From: a virus | Lineage: Duplodnaviria > Caudoviricetes | IMG/VR virus record: IMGVR_UViG_2930556935_000001 | Coordinates: 7,108-71,107 of that record | DNA length: 64,000 nucleotides | Reading direction: 5' to 3' (one strand) | Part shown: positions 58,072-64,000 of the stretch, one piece after another | How the letters are laid out: every line of letters starts with the position of its first letter | Numbering within the stretch: position 1 is the first letter of the stretch | Notes under the pieces: model-generated | Told to the model about the DNA's origin: nothing | Database searches by the model: none | The model's input: the letters and a program-made list of their open reading frames with translations, nothing else | Made by a program: the position numbers and the translations under genes

Positions 58072-58395
58072 TCAGCTGTCGGCGGTGACGGGCCGGATCG
58101 TCTTGACGGCGGTCTTCGTCTCGCAGTCCGCGAACGCCGCCGGGTAGTGCGTCCTCAGCCGCTTCTTGTCGAAGCCGTCCCGGAACGTCACGTCGACCTT
58201 GAAGAGCGGGGCGCCGGCCGTGTCGGTCGCAACCTTCGGCACCGGCTTGTCGTCGTCCGGGTCGTAGCCCAGACGCGCCAGCAGATCCGCCTTCACCTTC
58301 TTCTCGTACGTCTCCCACTTGAGCCGCGCCGCGGAAGCCGCGCGCACCTCTTCGTACAGCTTCGCGATGTCGTCGCTGACTTCGACTGTGGCCAT
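58072..58395 (-). CDS. hypothetical protein (recombination-cluster coiled coil)
   Basis: FDKKRLRTHYP motif; RBS GAGGA. Confidence 0.6.
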   Translation of the reverse strand: MATVEVSDDIAKLYEEVRAASAARLKWETYEKKVKADLLARLGYDPDDDKPVPKVATDTAGAPLFKVDVTFRDGFDKKRLRTHYPAAFADCETKTAVKTIRPVTADS

Positions 58396-58406
58396 GCGTC
58401 CTCTTC

Positions 58407-58679
58407 CTACGTGTCGGGATGAACTTCGATCGAGGCGAAGACCCGCACCCGCCCGCCCGTACCTTCGGTCTCCTGCCAGTCCCACGACGCGAAGTCCGAC
58501 GGCCGCCGGTACCCGAGCTTCCTGAGCACCCTGTCCCGCTGAGCGGTCGTCGGGATCGCGCGCTGACTCGCCGGCCAGAAGTACTCAGGCCACTGCGACA
58601 CGCGCCCGGGGATGATGCAGACGTACAGGCACCAGACCTCCCGCCTGTCCTGCATGCGCTGCGCCATCTGCGCTTGCAT
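58407..58679 (-). CDS. hypothetical protein
   Basis: WPEYFW...PTTAQRDRVLRKLGY...WDWQE. Confidence 0.6.
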   Translation of the reverse strand: MQAQMAQRMQDRREVWCLYVCIIPGRVSQWPEYFWPASQRAIPTTAQRDRVLRKLGYRRPSDFASWDWQETEGTGGRVRVFASIEVHPDT

Positions 58680-58682
58680 CGC

Positions 58683-58847
58683 TCAGCGCCCCATCCTGGA
58701 CAGGAAGCGGCGGGCCGCCTCGGTGACGCCCTGCGCCCGCCTGGACGCCCGCTCGCCGCGCTCCCGGTCCGTCGCGTCGCCCTCGTTCTGCTGGCCCCGC
58801 TCGCGGCGCCGTACGGCTTTGGGCCGCTGGATCCGCTCCCGCGTCAC
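58683..58847 (-). CDS. small basic hypothetical protein
   Basis: GTGA overlap, operonic. Confidence 0.4.
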   Translation of the reverse strand: MTRERIQRPKAVRRRERGQQNEGDATDRERGERASRRAQGVTEAARRFLSRMGR

Positions 58848-59008
58848 CGCGTCGCCTGCTTCTTCGGAGCGGCAGGCACGTTCTGCGAGTTGAGGATGAC
58901 CAGGGCATCGAAGGCGAGGATGACCGGGTCCGTCTCGTCCAGCAGCGCGACCAGTTCGGCGGGGCTCATCGTGGCGGTGGCGTATGGCGGAGGGGTGGTG
59001 TCGGACAT
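58844..59008 (-). CDS. small hypothetical protein
   Basis: Not in ORF track; MSDTTPPPYATATMSPAELVALLDETDP..., RBS AAAGGGG. Confidence 0.45.
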   Translation of the reverse strand: MSDTTPPPYATATMSPAELVALLDETDPVILAFDALVILNSQNVPAAPKKQATR

Positions 59009-59195
59009 GGTGGGACGCCCCTTTCAAGGGCGGTGCTGCGGGTAGCAGTTCGGCGCCGTGCGCCGCGGGTCCCCCTGGGACGTTTCCGGCATTCAATGCA
59101 ATTCAGGCAATTATCGAACTCGCGTTCCCGGGCCATCGTCGCCAACTCCCGTAACGGGCAGCAGCGTTGTCAGTGCCCGGTGCCACACTCGTCGA

Positions 59196-59966
59196 ATGGA
59201 CAACTCAGCGGACTTTGAGAAGGAGCGGAAGGAGCGGAACGAACGCGTTCACGCTCTGACCACCATCGTGTTGCAGCAGCGCGGCCACAGTGACGCCGCC
59301 GGTCTGCTCGTGGATGCACCGTCCGTGACCCTCAAGTACATCGAGAGCGACTGGGGCGTCGAATACTTGGAATTGCTGGTCGACGTCGATCCCAGCCTTG
59401 TGGACCGGTTCACGGAAGAAGTCTCCGAGCGCATCCTGACCACCGCCAAGGAAGTCACGGAGCGCGATGAGGGATTCGAGATCTCGTCCTTGCGAGTACG
59501 ACCCATCCTCCCTGAGTTCACGTCCAACTGGCGGACGGAGCTGAAGACCGGCCTCAGTCCCAAGCAGTCCAACCACGCCCGCAGGGTCAGGTCCGAGCCG
59601 AATCACCCCACCGAGGGAAGGCTTCACTTCACCAACGAGTGGGAGTACAAGGTCTACGCCGTTCTCAGGGACCGTCAGGCGCAGCTCGAAGACAACGAGA
59701 CGATCGGCATAGTGCCGCTCTCCCTCTATAAGGTCGCGACCACCGTCCTGGAGCCCGATTTTCTTGTCACCTACCGTGGCTACGCGGGAGTCATCGAGGT
59801 CGACGGCCCTCACCACAAGGACAGGGCATCCAGCGACAAGGGGCGTGATCGACTCCTGCTCAACGCCGGAGTCAAGTTCGTTGAGCGCATCGACGTGCGA
59901 GACACGACCACGAAGGAAGAAGTCGAGAAGTTCATTACTGACTTCTTGAAGCGTCTGACGGCGTGA
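59196..59966 (+). CDS. moron protein with C-terminal DUF559/Vsr-like PD-(D/E)XK nuclease domain
   Basis: EPDFLV...VIEVDGPHH...D..RDRLL...G; opposite strand; followed by hairpin. Confidence 0.8.
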   Translation: MDNSADFEKERKERNERVHALTTIVLQQRGHSDAAGLLVDAPSVTLKYIESDWGVEYLELLVDVDPSLVDRFTEEVSERILTTAKEVTERDEGFEISSLRVRPILPEFTSNWRTELKTGLSPKQSNHARRVRSEPNHPTEGRLHFTNEWEYKVYAVLRDRQAQLEDNETIGIVPLSLYKVATTVLEPDFLVTYRGYAGVIEVDGPHHKDRASSDKGRDRLLLNAGVKFVERIDVRDTTTKEEVEKFITDFLKRLTA

Positions 59967-59967
59967 T

Positions 59968-60004
59968 GCAGGGGCGGATCCCGTGGACACGCGTCCGCCC
60001 CTGC
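59968..60004. terminator. hairpin between convergent units
   Basis: GCAGGGGCGGA...TCCGCCCCTGC. Confidence 0.7.
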
Positions 60005-60100
60005 TATTCAGTTGTGCCGCCGCAGGGACCGCAATGCGGCGGGTCGTACGCAACTCCCCAGTGCCCCGGGGTCGGTCCGGGCACGGACCGGCGGTGTCGG

Positions 60101-60173
60101 CTCTCTCGCCTGGACTTGAACCAGGAACACACGGATTAACAATCCGCTGCTCTGCCGATTGAGCAACGAGAGA
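60101..60173 (-). tRNA. tRNA-Asn (GTT), CCA not encoded
   Basis: Acceptor TCTCTCG/CGAGAGA, D arm GCTC/GAGC, anticodon arm GCGGA-TTGTTAA-TCCGT, T arm CCTGG-TTCAAGT-CCAGG, discriminator G. Confidence 0.95.
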
Positions 60174-60290
60174 TTGATGAACGCCCCGGGGTGGGAGCCA
60201 GCCCGCATCCCGCCCCGGGGCGTTCCTCCCCGCGCCGCCGGCGCGGAGTCCCTGCCATACCGGGCTGGCATTCACCGGTCGGCAGGGGAG

Positions 60291-60521
60291 CTACGGGGTG
60301 TCCTTCTCGTACACGTCGCGAGCCGCGTAATACAGGACGCCTTCCGCCTGGAACGCGGATTCCATGTAATTGGCCAAGTGCCACGCTTCGAGCGTTCCAG
60401 GCTCGGTCGCTATGAACTCATCCTCCGCTTGGCGCCGCTCGTACTCTGCGGCGCGGTACTCCAACACTTCCGGCTTGTCGTCGCAGTCGGCCGGAGGCAC
60501 GACGGACCAATGCAGCGTCAT
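60291..60521 (-). CDS. hypothetical protein
   Basis: RBS GAGGG. Confidence 0.5.
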   Translation of the reverse strand: MTLHWSVVPPADCDDKPEVLEYRAAEYERRQAEDEFIATEPGTLEAWHLANYMESAFQAEGVLYYAARDVYEKDTP

Positions 60522-60531
60522 GACGTTCCCC

Positions 60532-60711
60532 TCAGGAGTGGTCGGGACAGAAGTCGCCGTAGCCTTCGAGGTGCCGCCACCCGTTCTCGGCTGCCTCGCT
60601 GCGCAGTGCGTCCAGCGACGGCATGTCCGCGTCGCCGCCGTACTCCGCGTCGCACACCTCGCCGTCGTCGGTCTCGTCACACGTCAGAATGCGGATCACG
60701 AGACCGGTCAC
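60532..60711 (-). CDS. small Zn-binding protein
   Basis: LTCD...C...AAENGW...DFCPDH. Confidence 0.6.
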   Translation of the reverse strand: MTGLVIRILTCDETDDGEVCDAEYGGDADMPSLDALRSEAAENGWRHLEGYGDFCPDHS

Positions 60712-61484
60712 GGCGCGATCTCCCACTCGTCGACGGTCAGGTTGTCGCCGCCGTACGCGCGGCCCGGGGCGAGGAATGCCGTCAGGCGCTCAGCCGCCAT
60801 GAGTCGCGAGTCCGCGCGGGACACGACGCAGTGGTCATCCGGGTTGCCGTAGTCGCTCATGAGCGACCAGCCGAAGAACGGCGCATCCTCGATCCACTCC
60901 GCATAGCGGAGGTTCATCCAGTCGAACGAGAAGCGCAGCACGCGGGCGTTCGGGATGGCGTTGAACTCCGCCCGGGAGATCGGCCGCTTGTGGACGGTGA
61001 CCGCGCCGGGCTCCGGGTTCGCATGGATGATCTCGCGGATCTTCCTGACCGACGGGCCGTCGCGCCACTGCGGGTGGTCGGGAGTCTGCGCGAGACCCGC
61101 GCCGAACTTCTTGACCTTGCCCGGCTCGCAGCCGCGCGAGTGCCACGTCACCTTGAAGTGGAACGTGTCGCTGCGGTAGGCCTTCGCCTCTTGCTCCCCC
61201 AGCTTCCGCCCGACCTCTACGTCTACGGACGGCTCGCCACTGTAGTCCGGGGCCGTCCACTGCACGAGCGTCCGCCAGCCGTGCTCACGGGCGAACTCCA
61301 CAAGTCCCCTGGCGAGCGGCGGCAGCTCGTACCCGGCGGGCGGGATGGCCGCGATCTCGGCGAGGCGCCGCTGAATCTCGCGGTGCCGGTGCTTCTGCTC
61401 GGGGGTGGCGTCCCCCGCCTTTCGAGCCGCCGCCGCGATGGCGTGCTTCTCATCCAACAGACGGCACCACTCGGTCTCGGTCAT
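60708..61484 (-). CDS. hypothetical protein
   Basis: ATGA overlap, RBS GGAGG; shares A..HGW..L.QWT.P segment with 61780-62115. Confidence 0.6.
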   Translation of the reverse strand: MTETEWCRLLDEKHAIAAAARKAGDATPEQKHRHREIQRRLAEIAAIPPAGYELPPLARGLVEFAREHGWRTLVQWTAPDYSGEPSVDVEVGRKLGEQEAKAYRSDTFHFKVTWHSRGCEPGKVKKFGAGLAQTPDHPQWRDGPSVRKIREIIHANPEPGAVTVHKRPISRAEFNAIPNARVLRFSFDWMNLRYAEWIEDAPFFGWSLMSDYGNPDDHCVVSRADSRLMAAERLTAFLAPGRAYGGDNLTVDEWEIAP

Positions 61485-61783
61485 CGCGTGCCTCCGTACG
61501 AGGGGTCCAGGTTGTTCACGCTGCACTCGAAGGTCGCGCTGTCGGGAAAGCCGAGTTTGCGCAGCGTCAGCGTGTCCCCATCCCGGGCCAGCACCACGTA
61601 CGTAGGGCGGTAGCCCTCGCGGGGTGCCGACGCGGGGAGCAACAACTTCACCTGCGTGTTCGGCTGAGGATTGAAGCCAGCCAGGTTCCCGGCCGTGCAC
61701 TTCGGGCAGTGGTACGCCCCCGGCCTGTTGTCTGCCAGGAAGGATCCACCGCAACCCGCGCAGGACCGAAGGCAGTTGCTCAT
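61481..61783 (-). CDS. Zn-ribbon hypothetical protein
   Basis: CAGC...CPKC; RBS AGGAGG. Confidence 0.55.
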   Translation of the reverse strand: MSNCLRSCAGCGGSFLADNRPGAYHCPKCTAGNLAGFNPQPNTQVKLLLPASAPREGYRPTYVVLARDGDTLTLRKLGFPDSATFECSVNNLDPSYGGTR

Positions 61784-62115
61784 GAATCGCCCCTCCTGAC
61801 CGGCGGGAGGGTGATCGAGTTGGTCATGATGACGATGCGGATGGCGCCGACGACCGGAGCCTTGTGCCATGCCGGGTTGCGCGGGGTGCGCGCCCGCCAG
61901 TGCGCCCGGTCCGGCTTGCTACCGTCCGTGCGGAACTCCAGCCGGAACAGGAACTCCCCGCCCTCCGGCATCCGCCGCCCGATCAGCACGCGCAGGATCG
62001 GGGCGCCCTTGAAGCCGGGCGGCGTCCACTGCTCAAGCACCGTCCAGCCGTGCTTCTGTGCGTGCTCGATCAGGGCCGACGCCTGAGTCAGGGGCTTGCG
62101 GATTGCGGTGGTCAT
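61780..62115 (-). CDS. hypothetical protein
   Basis: RBS GAAGGGG. Confidence 0.6.
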   Translation of the reverse strand: MTTAIRKPLTQASALIEHAQKHGWTVLEQWTPPGFKGAPILRVLIGRRMPEGGEFLFRLEFRTDGSKPDRAHWRARTPRNPAWHKAPVVGAIRIVIMTNSITLPPVRRGDS

Positions 62116-62253
62116 GGTGCGCGCCCCTTCCAGGGGTACGAAGTGAAGCGGCGCCCCCGCCGCAGGGGGGGGAGTTGGCGGGGGCGCCTGTCTGAGACCC
62201 GCCCCGGAAAGCGAGTCGATGGTGTGGGTCGCGTATTCCGGGGCGGGAGCTGT

Positions 62254-62499
62254 TCAGTCCGTCGCGATCGAGCGGGTGAGGGATTTGCGGCGGACGTGCA
62301 CGGGGCCGATCTCCTCGGTCCACGGGTCGATCAGCGCGAACCGGACGTCGGCGATACCCAACCGGTCCATCCGCTCGCACACGGTGCAGGGGCACGGAAC
62401 CGCGACCCAAAGACCGTGCTCCGACGGGATGGAACCGTGGTAGATCACCAGGTCGAGCGGCCCGATCATGTCCAGTGTCCGGAGCAGTGAGTTCGTCAT
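62254..62499 (-). CDS. hypothetical protein
   Basis: VIYHGSI...CPCTVC...HVRRKSLT; RBS GGAGGGG. Confidence 0.65.
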   Translation of the reverse strand: MTNSLLRTLDMIGPLDLVIYHGSIPSEHGLWVAVPCPCTVCERMDRLGIADVRFALIDPWTEEIGPVHVRRKSLTRSIATD

Positions 62500-62519
62500 G
62501 CGGTCCCCTCCGATGCGAT

Positions 62520-62595
62520 TTCCTGTACTACAAATATCCCGCTGGGATCATGACCCGTCAAGGTCTCGCGTCATGATTCTTGTAGGACAGAAAAG
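62520..62595 (-). promoter_or_regulatory. probable sigma70-type early promoter with operator-like inverted repeat
   Basis: TTGACG-17 nt-GATATT on minus strand; ATCATGAC / GTCATGAT flanking the -35 box. Confidence 0.55.
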
Positions 62596-62608
62596 CGGAG
62601 AGGGTCAG

Positions 62609-62848
62609 TCAGCTGTCGAAGCCGGACCATGCCGTGACCGGCATGCCCAGCGTGATCAGGTCGGCGTCCTCGAAGTAGCCGGCGGGGTTGCCCTCTTCGA
62701 TGTCGGCGTCGAACCATGGCCGCGGGTCCCCGACGAACCGCGGGGCCCACACGACGTCACGGTCATCGCGGGTGCGGTGGATCACCACCTGGCGGCGGAT
62801 GCCGTCTTCGTCCGTCCACGTCCACGCGTACGGTTCGGGCGTCTCCAT
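62609..62848 (-). CDS. hypothetical protein
   Basis: TGATG coupling. Confidence 0.5.
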   Translation of the reverse strand: METPEPYAWTWTDEDGIRRQVVIHRTRDDRDVVWAPRFVGDPRPWFDADIEEGNPAGYFEDADLITLGMPVTAWSGFDS

Positions 62849-63117
62849 CACTGCCCACGCCAGTACTTCAGCGCGCCGGACACGACCTCGCCGTTGGTCT
62901 GCTTGTCGTTGCCGTCCTCGACGTACTCGTCGAACACGCCATCGAGCCAGTCGGCGAACGGTCCCGCGCTCTCCATCGGCAGATGGCCGGCTTCCACCAC
63001 GTACCGCCGGATCATGTCTTCGTCCACGGGCTGCACGCCGTCCCGGATGTCCGCCGGGTCCGCGCCCCGCTCCTCGTACCGTTCCGCCAGCGCGGCGGGG
63101 TTCAGCTTCTCCGTCAT
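62848..63117 (-). CDS. acidic hypothetical protein
   Basis: RBS GAAGGGGG. Confidence 0.6.
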   Translation of the reverse strand: MTEKLNPAALAERYEERGADPADIRDGVQPVDEDMIRRYVVEAGHLPMESAGPFADWLDGVFDEYVEDGNDKQTNGEVVSGALKYWRGQ

Positions 63118-63207
63118 GACATCCCCCTTCGTAGGGCGTGCGGTGCTTCGAGCGCCCCGTACGGGATTCGGTCCCGCGGCCTCGCGCCGCGTTCCGGGGC
63201 TGGTGGA

Positions 63208-63366
63208 TCAGATCGAGGGCTTCGGCGCCGGCTTGTGTCCGGTGACGTAGAACCGGCCGCTCGCGCGGACGTGCAGATACCCGCCGCCGCCTCGCCACGG
63301 GTACCAGCGGAGGATGCCGTCACAGGTCCCGCACACTCGGTCCTCCGGGTGCCGGTCGCTGCTCAT
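63208..63366 (-). CDS. small Cys/His protein
   Basis: CGTC...H...H; ATGA overlap. Confidence 0.45.
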   Translation of the reverse strand: MSSDRHPEDRVCGTCDGILRWYPWRGGGGYLHVRASGRFYVTGHKPAPKPSI

Positions 63367-63623
63367 GACGGCCCGTGCAGTCCGGGCAGTGCGACCCTCC
63401 ACGGCCGCGACGCGCAGTCGGTGCAGAGGTTGCCGCCCACGGGGTCGACCTCGCCGCGGCAGTCTCCGAACTCGCACTGCCCGGTGCCCTTGTGGAAGCC
63501 GCAGACGCACGCTCGCGCGTCGTAGCAGGGACCGGGGTAGACGAAGGCCGGTACCCACCTGCCGGTGACGAGCTGGATCCTGATCTGGCGCGGCTTCTCC
63601 TCGCGCCGGGTCCATGTCTTCAT
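63363..63623 (-). CDS. Cys-rich hypothetical protein
   Basis: C..CVCGFH...C...C...CTDC; RBS GGGGAG. Confidence 0.55.
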   Translation of the reverse strand: MKTWTRREEKPRQIRIQLVTGRWVPAFVYPGPCYDARACVCGFHKGTGQCEFGDCRGEVDPVGGNLCTDCASRPWRVALPGLHGPS

Positions 63624-63631
63624 GACTCCCC

Positions 63632-64000
63632 CTACGGGTGGTGCCTCGTGATCGGCTCGGAGCTGGGGACCCACCGCATCGCGTCGCCGCTCACGTACGC
63701 GTTCAGCTCCCGGTCGATACGGGCGAGAGTGCGGCGCGGAGACGAGCGGCGCGGCGCCGGAACGGCAGCCGGGTTGGTACGCGGGTAGCGGTCCCACGCA
63801 GTGGCCATGACGTGCACCTCGCTCGGGCGGTACGCCATGACGCGGCGGAAGCGGCCGTTGATGAGACGGAACGCCTTGCGGGGCTCGCGGCGGTATGCGG
63901 CGCGATAGATCTCAGCGGCGAGACGGCCGAAGGGAGAGGCGTACCGCCAGTCGGCAGGGAGGCCCCGCCGACTGAGGTACTCCGCGACGGTGAGCTTCAT
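63632..64000 (-). CDS. possible DNA-binding protein resembling the C-terminal domain of actinophage antirepressors
   Basis: LTVAEYL...ASPFGRLAAEIY...REP...INGRFRRVMAY; may extend beyond the window edge. Confidence 0.5.
   Translation of the reverse strand: MKLTVAEYLSRRGLPADWRYASPFGRLAAEIYRAAYRREPRKAFRLINGRFRRVMAYRPSEVHVMATAWDRYPRTNPAAVPAPRRSSPRRTLARIDRELNAYVSGDAMRWVPSSEPITRHHP

Noticed and set aside
58683-58847. Pup-like small protein
   Set aside because: Lacks the C-terminal GGE/GGQ and the acidic helix of Pup.
60101-60173. tRNA as attachment site or prophage boundary
   Set aside because: Phage-like genes continue on both sides, no integrase is adjacent and I saw no duplicated tRNA 3' end.
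63154-63200. Second tRNA (T-loop-like CGAATCCC on minus strand)
   Set aside because: Too short, with no D or anticodon arm.

Overview
High-GC actinobacterial DNA (most likely Streptomyces-infecting) covering most of an HK97-type siphovirus genome, with nearly all genes on the minus strand. Reading right to left: an early region of small genes with a tRNA-Asn (59-64 kb); a recombination/DNA module (C5 methyltransferase, endonuclease VII, Cas4-like exonuclease, BldC-like HTH, SSB-like protein, primase-polymerase; 49-58 kb); a Streptomyces plasmid/AICE-type conjugation module (DUF2637/Spd-like protein, TraB/FtsK translocase, small Spd-like genes, candidate clt repeats; 43.9-47.9 kb); accessory genes (secreted GH16, permuted NlpC/P60, SsgA-like); a RepA-type helicase with a 20-copy hexamer iteron array (31-33 kb); late regulators, an Rpf-NlpC/P60-LysM gene, HNH and a probable cos region (26.7-30 kb); a fibre-like cassette, terminase, portal, protease, capsid, tail genes, tape measure, minor tail proteins and a lysis cassette truncated at the left edge. 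Four isolated plus-strand genes (lsr2, a 4-TM protein, a pentapeptide-repeat protein, a DUF559-like nuclease) look like morons. No integrase, repressor or partition genes are visible, so prophage versus phage-plasmid cannot be decided here. All family assignments come from reading motifs by eye, not from database searches; several starts were adjusted from the ORF track using RBS and stop/start overlaps.
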